DNA from: an uncultured Alphaproteobacteria bacterium
Lineage (GTDB): Bacteria; Pseudomonadota; Alphaproteobacteria; Rs-D84
Assembly: GCA_944389265.1 (NCBI GenBank)
Contig: CALXLS010000005.1
Span: forward strand, 22,076 to 86,075
DNA: 64,000 nucleotides
Direction of reading: 5' to 3'
Part shown: positions 9,057 to 19,900 of the stretch, in pieces
Position numbering within the stretch: position 1 is the stretch's first letter
How the letters are laid out: every line of letters begins with the position of its first letter
Notes under the pieces: model-generated
The model's input: only the letters and a program-made list of their open reading frames with translations
What the model was told of the DNA's origin: nothing
The model's database searches: none
Program-made: the position numbers and the translations under genes

Positions 9057-11051
9057 ATGAAGCAACAAGATGTCATATTATTTTATTTAAACAACATATC
9101 CAAAAGAGAAATAACAAAACGATCGGCATCAGAAATACTAGAGTTTGCCGAGCAAGAATCTGAATTTTTATGGGGACATCCTTTTGATGACATGTGGTTT
9201 CCTAGTAATGAACGGGAAGCCAAAACAAAAGATTTAAAAATCTTGCGTTCGATATTAAAAAATACAGAAATCAAAGATATTTATCTGCCTGGTCAAGATA
9301 AGGTTATTGATTTGATATTAGAAGCATTTTCATTAGAAGAAAAATATCGTCCAATATTAACGCTTGTTGTTCATATGATAAGATATGTCAAACTTCGTCG
9401 TCTTGTGGGCGAGGTTTCTGGCAGTCGCAGACCTGTGTTGAACACAAATTATATGGAATATATTTCTAAGTTTTGTGGAGTTCGTGAAAGTGAGCTAAAT
9501 AAAACATTGGATTGTAATTCGGCATTATTGCGTTGCGGAATAATTAATGTTGATTTAGATGGGGACTTAGATTTGTCCAATGTCGTGCAAAAAGTTCTTA
9601 GTGCAGGGAATATTAAAAATAAGAACGATGTAAAAAAATATATATTACGCGAATCCAGGAAAACGAAACTTACCGCAAAAGATTTTTCTCATATCCAAGA
9701 TGAATTTTCTTATATAGGAAAAATCTTATCGAGTGCCACAAATAATAAGGTACCAGGTATAAACATTTTAATATATGGTGACATTGGAACAGGTAAAACA
9801 GAATTTTCTAGGGCATTAGCCAAAAGTTTAGGTTTAACTTTATATGAAATGGGAGGTGAGCCTGGTAAACAGAGAAGGGAGTCCAGTCTACAAGACCTAT
9901 GTGTTGCGCAATCTTTATTGATGAAAGATAGAAGTTCTTTATTGCTTATGGATGAAGCAGAGGATGCATTAACAAAATCGGGACCATTTGATAATAGTTC
10001 TTCTAAATTATCAATTAATCGTACGCTAGAATTAAATCCAGTTCCTGTGATATGGATTGTAAACAGTATATCTGGGATAGACAAATGTTATCTGCGCAGA
10101 TTTACATATTGTTTAGAATTTCATAAACCAGAAACAGAGCAACGAAAAAAAATATGGAAAAGAGTTTGCGCAAAACACTCTGTTTGCATATCAAAAGAAG
10201 AAATATCCGAACTTGCTAATAAATATGATGTTGCACCAAGTATAATTAATGCAGCGATTTTAAATAAGTCATTGTCTGGGCAAGAAGATGCAGTCAGCAG
10301 AACAATAAAATCACTTAGTGCAGTAATTTCTGGTGATGTAAAAGCAGACAAAAAATCTGAAGAATTAAATGATTTTAATTCTCAGATATTGAATACGGAT
10401 ACAGATTTAATTTTGCTTGCTGAAAAGTTATCAAAAGGCATAGAAAAGAATTTTTCTTTATGTCTTTATGGTGTTGCGGGAACGGGTAAGTCTTTATATG
10501 CCAGATATTTAGCAGAAAAGTTAGGTATGAAAGTTATACAAAAACGAGCCAGCGATTTAAGCAGTAAATATATCGGTGAAACGGAAAAGAATATAGCGAA
10601 CGCCTTTCGCGAAGCAAAGACGGAAAATGCCATATTAGTTTTCGATGAAGCGGATAGTTTTTTAGGTTCGCGTGAAAATGCAAACAAGCCTTATGAAATA
10701 TCGTCAGTCAATGAAATGTTAACTCATATGGAAAGTGCAGAAACGCCATTTATTTGTACAACAAATTTGATGACGAATATAGATAAAGCAGCGTTGCGAA
10801 GATTTACATTTAAAGTAAAATATGATTACCTAACAACGCGGCAAGTCAAACTGGCATATCGACATTTCTTTGGTGCAGATATATCAGCAGGCAGCGCAGA
10901 AAATCTGTTATATTTAACACCAGGTGATTTTTCTGTGGTACGAAAAAAGTCGAAAATATTGGGTATTACTGACAGTACAGAAATAATAAAGATGTTGAAA
11001 GATGAAATGGCTGCCAAGGGTAAAATTATAAAACCTAAAATAGGCTTTTAG
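9057..11051 (+). CDS. tandem AAA+ ATPase (two classical AAA modules) with ~230-aa N-terminal domain
   Basis: Module 1 has Walker A GDIGTGKT, Walker B LLLMDEAED, and second region of homology ending CYLRRF. Module 2 has Walker A GVAGTGKS, Walker B ILVFDEADS, and TTNLMTNIDKAALRRF. Confidence 0.7.
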   Translation: MKQQDVILFYLNNISKREITKRSASEILEFAEQESEFLWGHPFDDMWFPSNEREAKTKDLKILRSILKNTEIKDIYLPGQDKVIDLILEAFSLEEKYRPILTLVVHMIRYVKLRRLVGEVSGSRRPVLNTNYMEYISKFCGVRESELNKTLDCNSALLRCGIINVDLDGDLDLSNVVQKVLSAGNIKNKNDVKKYILRESRKTKLTAKDFSHIQDEFSYIGKILSSATNNKVPGINILIYGDIGTGKTEFSRALAKSLGLTLYEMGGEPGKQRRESSLQDLCVAQSLLMKDRSSLLLMDEAEDALTKSGPFDNSSSKLSINRTLELNPVPVIWIVNSISGIDKCYLRRFTYCLEFHKPETEQRKKIWKRVCAKHSVCISKEEISELANKYDVAPSIINAAILNKSLSGQEDAVSRTIKSLSAVISGDVKADKKSEELNDFNSQILNTDTDLILLAEKLSKGIEKNFSLCLYGVAGTGKSLYARYLAEKLGMKVIQKRASDLSSKYIGETEKNIANAFREAKTENAILVFDEADSFLGSRENANKPYEISSVNEMLTHMESAETPFICTTNLMTNIDKAALRRFTFKVKYDYLTTRQVKLAYRHFFGADISAGSAENLLYLTPGDFSVVRKKSKILGITDSTEIIKMLKDEMAAKGKIIKPKIGF

Positions 11052-11054
11052 ATA

Positions 11055-11090
11055 AAAAACGGTAATAAATTTATTACCGTTTTTTATTTT
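11055..11090. terminator. bidirectional terminator (12-bp palindrome acggtaataaat/atttattaccgt)
   Basis: Perfect palindrome flanked by A-run and T-run, between convergent genes. Confidence 0.6.
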
Positions 11091-11773
11091 AACCCGGAAA
11101 TTTCTTGTTGCATATCGTCAAAGAATTGTTGCATTCTTTTTGCGCGTTGCGTAGCAATTTCTTTCCCGGTTTGTGTAAACATTCTGTCTGGTACATTTAA
11201 ACTTTTTATCATGAATTCCAAGTTAGGCGCATGCTTTTTCATATCTTTTATTTTACCAGAAGATACACCACCAGATAGGTTGGTTTTTATATAATCATTT
11301 ATATCACAATCACAGTACATGCACATATTATGCTCGCCAGCAAACATATACGCTCGGGCTATTCCTATATTCCCCAAAGTGTCTATTTTATCTGCATCAA
11401 AAAGAATTTTTGCTTCTAATGATTTAGGTTCCATGCCACTGCGAAATCTGTGAGTTTTTATTGCTTCGGATACTTTGTCTGCAAAATCTTCAGAAACGCC
11501 GAGATTTAATAAAATTTCTTTTGCCTGACGTGCACCTAAAATAGCGTGGTCACCTTTATCGCCAAGTGCGACATTTTCTTTCGGACGTGCGATGTCATGT
11601 AAAATTGCTGCCGCACGCAGAATATCCATATTTGCTGTATCTGCAAACTCTGTTTCGGCAATTTTTATACAGTTATTGTATACTCTTAAGGTATGTGCAA
11701 AGTCATGAGAAGATGTATTTAATTCTGACTTAACAATTTCTATTAATTTATCAAACATATCTTGTTCCTTCAA
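11084..11773 (-). CDS. HD-domain phosphohydrolase
   Basis: H...HD motif (FAHTLRV ... AAILHDIARP) and a later D. Confidence 0.6.
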   Translation of the reverse strand: MKEQDMFDKLIEIVKSELNTSSHDFAHTLRVYNNCIKIAETEFADTANMDILRAAAILHDIARPKENVALGDKGDHAILGARQAKEILLNLGVSEDFADKVSEAIKTHRFRSGMEPKSLEAKILFDADKIDTLGNIGIARAYMFAGEHNMCMYCDCDINDYIKTNLSGGVSSGKIKDMKKHAPNLEFMIKSLNVPDRMFTQTGKEIATQRAKRMQQFFDDMQQEISGLK

Positions 11774-11828
11774 TATAGGAACGAATAATAAAATAATAAT
11801 AAATTTTTTCTATAAAAAAATGAATGAC

Positions 11829-12716
11829 TTAATTTAAATATTTTATAAAGAAATTTAATATATCTGCTTGAACTTCTTTATAATTTAACTCATTTAATAA
11901 TTCATGTTTGTCTTTTGGGTATATTTTTATAAATATGTTTTTTACACCGATTTTTTTATAAGTATTGTATAAATGCTTAGCCAAAAATCCGTCCCAACTA
12001 ACTGCATCTTCGCCACCACTTATTATAAACATAGGAATAGTTTTGGATAATCTTCCTCGGTGCAAATGCAAAAGATTATTAAACAATGAATAATAAAAAC
12101 CATAAGAAAACTTCTTTTTAAAATATTTATTGTGCTCGAATTCTTGCGCTTGTTTTTTATCATTTGTTAATCGGCTTTCGCCATTTCTTTTATTACGAGT
12201 AGGGGACATTAGTTCGATAATATCCGCATCAGAATCTTTGCCAGAAATTTTTTCGCCAAGCCAGGCAATATATTTTCCCAAAAACAAATAAATTTGCCAG
12301 AATTTTGCAGAACCACATAAACAGACTGCTTTATGCTTTTTGGTTTTTTCTATTAATGCTTGAGTAATGAAACTACCGTAGCTATGCCCGAAAAGCATAA
12401 CAGGTAAATTGTATTTTTGATTTAGATAACTAAGAATTTCTAGTTCATCAGAAAGAATTGCTTTAAATAAGTCTTTATTTCCATCTGTTGTGCCGATTTT
12501 ATCGATGCTTGATGCTGTTCGTCCGTGCGCTCTATGGTCATCGCCAAACACTATAAAACCGTTTTTGTTTAAGAATTCAGCAAATTTATCGTATCTAATT
12601 ATGTACTCATTCATTCCATGAATGATTTGAACGACACCAACGGGCTTTTTTACGTTATCCCAAAGAGTACAAAATATTTTAGTTTTGTCTTTTGCTATAA
12701 AAATAACTTCTTTCAT
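11829..12716 (-). CDS. alpha/beta hydrolase (lysophospholipase/monoacylglycerol lipase-like)
   Basis: IIHGMNEY (HG oxyanion) and GHSYGS nucleophile elbow. Confidence 0.6.
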   Translation of the reverse strand: MKEVIFIAKDKTKIFCTLWDNVKKPVGVVQIIHGMNEYIIRYDKFAEFLNKNGFIVFGDDHRAHGRTASSIDKIGTTDGNKDLFKAILSDELEILSYLNQKYNLPVMLFGHSYGSFITQALIEKTKKHKAVCLCGSAKFWQIYLFLGKYIAWLGEKISGKDSDADIIELMSPTRNKRNGESRLTNDKKQAQEFEHNKYFKKKFSYGFYYSLFNNLLHLHRGRLSKTIPMFIISGGEDAVSWDGFLAKHLYNTYKKIGVKNIFIKIYPKDKHELLNELNYKEVQADILNFFIKYLN

Positions 12717-12759
12717 ATTAATAATATTAATATTAGTTTGTTATAGATAAAATAGGTTT

Positions 12760-13920
12760 TTATGCGTTTTCTCCGGCAATTCTTCCGCTTGCAAAAGCCC
12801 AATGCAGATTGAAACCGCCCAGGTCACCGGCAATGTCAAGGACTTCGCCAGCAAAGAATAGGCCAGGGCATAATTTAGATTCCATTGTTTTTGATGATAT
12901 TTCTGCTGTTGAAACTCCACCACGGACGACTTCGGCACTTTGCAAATTATAAAGTTTAAAAGAATCTTTTGGAACGACCAAGTTTGATATTTTTTCTGCA
13001 ATAACTTTTAATTCTGAATCTTTGAAATCTGCGATGTTTTTTGAAGCGTCTTGTGCAATATATCGTGCTAGTCGTGCGGGAAGTTTAGAAGACAAAACTG
13101 TTGCTAAATTTCTCTTGCCCTCAGTTGTTTTTACTACTTTTAACCAATCAAAAACATTTATATCAGGCAATAAGTTTATGTGTATATCGTCTATAAGATT
13201 TCTAACAGTTGCTCGGTATATAGCGGGACCACCTAGACCAAAATGTGTTATTAAAATAGAGTCTTTAATTTTTTCTTTACCGATTGACGCTTCTGCTTCA
13301 AAAGAAATTCCTGATAATTCTGGTGGAAACATTTTCGTAGAAATTGCACAAAGAGCAGGGCGAACAGGTACAATTTTATGACCAAATTTCTTTGCAATTT
13401 TATAACCGAAATCTGAAACCCCGAGTACGGGATAGGATATTCCACCGGTTGCTATTACAATAGATTTTGATTTGAAAATATTTTTGTCGGTTTTTATAAC
13501 GAAGGTTTCCTCGTCAGATTTAGTTATATCTGTGGTAAGATTATTTAAAAACAAGTCCGCACTTTTTATGTCTTGTAAAAGAGCGTTAACAACGTCTTGT
13601 GCACCTGTCGCGCAGAAATATTGCCCTGCTGTTTTTTCAATCCATTTTAAATGATGGCTTTTTACCCAATTTAAAATATCTTGTGAAGAAACTTTGCTTA
13701 TTGCGCTACGGACAAAGTCGGCATTCTCGCCAAAATATCGATTTGGTGCTATTGCGTCATTTGTAAAATTGCAACGTCCTCCGCCAGAAATAGCGACCTT
13801 ACGCGCAGGTTTATCACCTAAGTCTATTATGGCTACTTTTTTTGATAGTTCCAAAGCAGTTTTAGCCGCGCTTAACCCAGCAGCTCCAGCTCCAACAATA
13901 ATAACATCGTATGTTTTCAT
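12760..13920 (-). CDS. HI0933/YhiN-family FAD-dependent flavoprotein
   Basis: N-terminal YDVIIVGAGAAGLSAA dinucleotide-binding motif. 386 aa. Confidence 0.65.
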   Translation of the reverse strand: MKTYDVIIVGAGAAGLSAAKTALELSKKVAIIDLGDKPARKVAISGGGRCNFTNDAIAPNRYFGENADFVRSAISKVSSQDILNWVKSHHLKWIEKTAGQYFCATGAQDVVNALLQDIKSADLFLNNLTTDITKSDEETFVIKTDKNIFKSKSIVIATGGISYPVLGVSDFGYKIAKKFGHKIVPVRPALCAISTKMFPPELSGISFEAEASIGKEKIKDSILITHFGLGGPAIYRATVRNLIDDIHINLLPDINVFDWLKVVKTTEGKRNLATVLSSKLPARLARYIAQDASKNIADFKDSELKVIAEKISNLVVPKDSFKLYNLQSAEVVRGGVSTAEISSKTMESKLCPGLFFAGEVLDIAGDLGGFNLHWAFASGRIAGENA

Positions 13921-13965
13921 AATATTTTATTAATACTAAAATGAAAAAAGAAAATCCATTGTAAT

Positions 13966-13997
13966 ATTTAAACGCCCCTTTTGGGGGCGTTTTTTTT
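13966..13997. terminator. GC hairpin terminator downstream of giant gene
   Basis: aaacgcccctttt gggggcgttt followed by an 8-T run. Confidence 0.5.
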
Positions 13998-16900
13998 ACC
14001 ACATTGTGTATCCTTCTTTACATGTACGGACGCACTTCTTTTTCGCTTGATCCCAAACCATTGTACCAGTTTCGTCTTCGTATTCTTCTTGAGGACAGAT
14101 AGGTACACATTCGTTGTTATCTAGGTTATAAAGTTCTCCTTGATACAAGCATGCGGCAATTTCACAACCTTGAACATAACTGCTTGCAGCTAATTGTCCA
14201 AGAACACTGTATTTATTTTTGCACTCGCCGCATTGTTTTGTGCGTTCATTTGTTTCTGATGGATCATTTGTATATCCTGGGTCACAAGATGTTGCGATAC
14301 ATTTACCCCAGTTCTTGGACGCATGATTCCATTCTTTGAACCCTATACCGTTCTCAACTGTGCAAGGTTGAATATCCGATACGCATGCGTTAGAAGCCAA
14401 ATGATATTCAGATTCACACTCTTTTATCATGCAAGGTCCGAACGCATTCAGGTTATAATCCCACTTTTGTTCAGCATATATTGCATTAGGAGCAGAGCAT
14501 TCTGTTATATCTTTTTCACATGCTCTTCCGTTTGGATGATAACCCAGTACGCATGTTGCTACCTGGCAAACACCTGTTTCCTTATAAGATAGAGCAAACT
14601 CTACATCACAAGGTTCGCACTTGCCGTTAATCATTTCATAGCCCCCGTTGCAAGATATTTCTACGCAAACATCGTCTACGATTTCGCAAGGGTTACCTGT
14701 ATCAGATACACCTTTAAATTCGCATTCATTAGGATAGAAGGCTTTATCATTTACAGGTACAGCCGTACCATTTTCTACCTTATATTCTTCGCACTTTTGA
14801 TAGCATCCACTTTCATCTTTTGCACCTGGCAGCGAGAATTCCCAAGAACCGTCACCTAGGTCTGCGCAAGATTTAACATCGCTACCTGGTTCATCTGGAT
14901 CTGTTTCACCGTCACAGAAACTTCCTTCTGGGCATTCTGTGCAGATTCCGTTCTCTAATGTATATCCTGCCAAGCATCTTGCAATTTTACATGTGTCAGG
15001 TGCTTGATAATAGTCACGACCAGACATTGCCGCAGCATTTTCTGCTATTGCACAATCTTTATAGCACATTGCTACATCTGTTGTGCCTGCGTCTGATTCT
15101 GGGTATTGACCACCAGTTAAAGAAGAACATGTTTTTTGTTCGCCTTCTTCGCAGACGCTTCCTGCAGGGCAATTGATGCAAGTATTGTCTACCTGAGAGT
15201 ACCCTTCATCGCAAGATACGACAGTACATGTTTGACAGCTTGCTGTATAATCAGAATCTGACTCATTGTAATGACATGTTTTCTCACCAGAACCGTTTGC
15301 AATTGGGCAAACGATATCTTCTCTGAAACATTCTGTTATTGCAGAACTTGTTTTTGTTGCTGTTATACCGTTCTGAGGGCACTGGAATCTGGATGTGTTA
15401 ACCGCAGGGCTATAATATCCGATACCAGCTTCTATACAGTCATCTACCTTTTTAATCTTGTCATAGTAGTAGCCTGCATCGCAACTTGTCATGGTTGGTG
15501 TTTCACAACTTGATGCATAGATTGCAGATGTGCCTTCACCACTTGTATAGTAGCATAGATATTCGCCAGTACCATGTAATGCTTCTGTATATGGCAGACC
15601 GTCTTTATAGCACAGACTGATACTATCTGCGATATCACTTTCTGTCTTACCGTTATTTGGGCATTCATGACGTTCTATATCGTCTGGGTCGCTATAGAAA
15701 TTCTGAGTGACCGGTGAACAGTCTGTATCAGAACTTTCTTCTAGCCAGTATCCACCACGACAACTATTTATAACTTTAGTATCGCAATCGCGTTGGTATA
15801 TAGCATCTGCACCAGTACCACTAGAGTAGAAACATCTCTGAGTACCTGTTCCATAAATTGCCGTGTAAGGTAAGTTTTCTTTATAGCAATTCTGAACCAT
15901 TGTAGAAGTATCTGTTTCTGTTAACCCGCTGCTTGGGCACTGTGTACGGCTTGTACCTGAACCGTCACTGTAGTATCCCTTGCCGACGACTTCACAGTCA
16001 GGTGTTTCTGCACCTGCGTCTGCTAGGTAATAACCTGCGTCACAGATGTTTATGACTTTATCAGTACACTGTGCAGAATAATCACTTGATGTCTGATTAT
16101 ATTGACATGTCTGAGTACCACTACCATGAGTCGCTGTATAAGGCAACTTAGTCTTATAGCACTTTGTCACAGAATCAGTACCACTAGGTGATGAACCTTG
16201 TTCTGGACAAACGTTCATACCTTCTGCGTGACCGCTATCTGTTGCGAACGAACCACCAGGGCAGTAATTATTTGCTGGACATTGTGTGCACTGAGTACCA
16301 GTTCCTGGATAATATGTACCTGGTTGGCATGTTGTTTTACCTGCCGCCCATCTTACATATATTGTTGCAGGTGACTTTGTTGTCATAGTTAACGCTTCTT
16401 CTGAGGTCTGGAATTCACCGTTTGCATTAATAATCTGTGTTCCGCCAGTTGAAGCAGAGTAGTATCCTGCCAGTTCGTAACTAGATTTGGTTGGCAACTT
16501 AGTCATTTTTGATATAGATGTTGTTGCACCAGAGTTGCTAAACCAACCTGTTGCATATTTCAGATAAACTGTGCTTGGTTCACCTGGAACATCCGAACCT
16601 GTATTATCTAAGTTTACAGTATAAACATTAGGTGTCCATACTGCATACAATGTTGTGTCAACACCTGTCGCAGATATATTAGTTGCTATAGATGTACCCG
16701 CATCATAGCATGGTGAACCACCATTTTTATCGGAACACCATTTTGCGACAACTGTATATCCGGCACGTGTCAAACCAGTTGTTGCAGGTAATTGACAACT
16801 GCCACTATTAAATGTGCATTTTACACTTGCAGCGACAGAACCTGCACCACCATTCTTATCCAGAGTAATTGTATACTCATTTGCTTTACATGATGGTTTT

Positions 16901-19900
16901 TCTGTATTGTTGGATTGTACTGTATAACCCGTTTCACAAGTCACAGCGAATGAGCATGCCGCATATGCGCTTGCGCTTATACCATAAACAGTATTTTCTT
17001 TCGCTGCAATAGAAGTAGAATTCGGTATTTCTATTTTACATTCTTTATAGCAGTCTGTGAAATTATCTGCGTATTCAGAAGATTCTACTTTTGAACCATT
17101 TGGGTCTACAGGACACGCAGTTTGGTCTGTGTCGTTTTCTGGGCTGTAATATCCGCTTGTAACGCCACTGCACAAGAATGCATTTGGTGTACTGTACCAA
17201 TAACCAGCCTTACAACTTTTTACTTCCAGTATGCTGCATCTTTCATATTTTTTGCTGCCTTCTATATAGAAGCACTTTGCTGATGCCACACCATTTTGGA
17301 AGCCTGAATAAGGGTCAAATACCTTATAGCATTCTGTTACATAAGTTGCACCACGTTCAGAAGTACCACCGTCTGGGCAGGTAATAGGACCAGAACCATC
17401 TTCTGGACAGTAAGAACCTGCTGGACACTCATTTGGATCGCCCCATACACAAGACGGATTTGTACTTGGGCTGTTTTCAGGAACATAATTTTCGTTACAT
17501 TCAGCACGATATTGACATTCTGGATACTTAGAACCGTCGTAATACTGATTTCCTGTTGACACGCCTTGACCGTTTTCAATGTCTAATGTTGGTGGGCATG
17601 TTTTATAACAGTCAGTAATATCACCAGAACCTGCTTCAGAAGTACCGCCTGCTGGGCATTCGTGTTCAATACCTTCTTCACAGTAAGAGCCTTCTGGACA
17701 TTCTTCTGGTTCTGTCTCTTCAGAGCCACCAGGGCAGTTAACACCGTCTTGGCACTTATTACATGTTGCATTTGCAGTACCGTTACCAGATGCAACATAT
17801 CCAGGATTACAATTTACATTATATGTACATGCTGGGTATGAAGAACCGTTATAGTAAACTTTTGCACTTACAACAGTTGCTGTACCGCCTGTAATGGTTT
17901 TGCCACCACAAGTTTTATAGCATCCTGTAGCCGCTGTTGAACCTGTGTCAGAACCATTATATCCAGATGGACACGTTGTTGAGCATCCTGCTTGCCCGAT
18001 ATTTGCAAAACCTGTACCTGGGCAGAAAGAACCAGAAGGGCAATCTACATGACTTGTGCCATTATAATATTTCCCTGCTTGACATTGTGTCGTCTGTTGT
18101 GACCAACAAGCATACATAGTTTTTGCAGATGTGAATGTTGTCTGGTATACGCCACTTGTGCAGCCAGAAGATTCACCCCAACCAGTAAATGAATAGCCTG
18201 TTTTTGTTAGACCGCTTGAAGGCAAATCACACAAAACGCCATGCTTGCACTTTTGTGTTGCATTTGCAGTACCAGACGAACCATTTATAGAGCCTGTACC
18301 ACCATTTTTGTTAAGGGTTATGGTATATTCGTCAGGTTCACAACTTCTTCCATCTGTTGATAGATGATAGCCTGGGTTACATTCAAATGTTTCACCACCA
18401 CCAGGGCATGTCGCATTAGGTACGCACGCAGCACATCCACTACCAGAGATGTAGTAGTCTTCTTTACATTGTGTCGCTGCACAAGTTTTTGTTCCACCTT
18501 TTGTTACTGTACCTGTAACTGCGGATGCATTTGGAACATCACTTGTCGTACAATCTCTATAGCAGATGCTATTTGTCTGAGATTTACATACATCATAAGT
18601 ACCTTTTGTAAATCCTGATACACTGCTACAAGAAACACTACAGTTTGAACATCCTGAACCATTTGGGTATTGTGTTGCACTACATCCGCAAGTGCCGGCA
18701 CCATCAGTATTCATGGAACATGCTGTCCATTGTGCAGTAAATGTAATATCTTTTGTATAAGTCCAAGTTATTTGTCCAGGTTGTTTAATTGTGGAGCCAT
18801 CATTCCAACCAGCAAAAGTATAACCTGGTTTTGAACATGTGTTAGATGCAATTACATAAGAACCACCATATTGCTGTGATGTACCACCTGGTGCATTACC
18901 GCTGCCAGTACCGCAAGAGTATGATACTTCATAAGTGTTTGGAATACATGTATCACCACTCTTCTGATAACCTGTTTCGCAAGTAAAGGTCATAGAGCAG
19001 GTAGGTGCAGTTGCACTACATGTTGTCGTTACCTGGTTCATAGTACCACTTGCTGTTTCTGAACCGAAATTACATGTTGCGGAATGTTCTGGGCAAGTAG
19101 GCTTCTTACAAGCAACTGTACAAGATTTGGTACATTGTGTTGCCGATGTTGCGCCTGCTGGTGACGAATATCCTGATTCACAAGCAGGGCAGGTTATACC
19201 ACTACTATAGTGATTAGCAGAAGCGGTCACCCCAGTAATAGGTTTATTACAATTATTAGGTGTACAATCTGACACAATAGTACCACTATATTTCTTTGTG
19301 TACGTACAACTACCAGGAGAACAAGTTCCTGTTGTTATACTGCTGCACCCAGAAGGAGTGGCTGGCGGTTGCTGTGTACCAGTTTTAGTAAATTCACCAA
19401 CGCATTCATTTATAGAACTAGCACCAGTTCCGTCACGATAACCTGATGGACATTGAGGGCAAGCAGCTCCATTTACGTAATATCCAGAATTTGCGGTTAC
19501 ACTTTTTATAGTTTGTTGGCAAGATGCATTATTTGTACTACATCCACTTTTTATAGTGCCGTCACCGGTTCCAGCAGAGTTAGAATATGCAACATATTCA
19601 CATGATGGATTTGAACACGTATTACACTGTACTGACGCGCAGTTAGATGGTTTTGTGCAAGAAGTTTGACTGCCTGTCCATGCACGTTGCTTTGTATTAC
19701 TATAACAGTCAGTTATTGCATCAGAACTAGTTGCAGAATTTGGATAACTACTTGGACAAGTGTTTATGCCTTGGTCACTTGAACTTGGGGTAAAAGTTCC
19801 ACCTTTACAGTAAGAACCAGCGGGACATGCTGTACATGATGTTGCGTTCGCTTTTAAATATGTTCCCGCAGAACATGTCACAGATGCTAGAACACATGTT

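Noticed and set aside
13022-13933. Plus-strand ORFs (119, 60, 79 aa) opposite the flavoprotein gene
   Set aside because: They are antisense to a well-supported FAD-binding protein gene. There is no motif or RBS.
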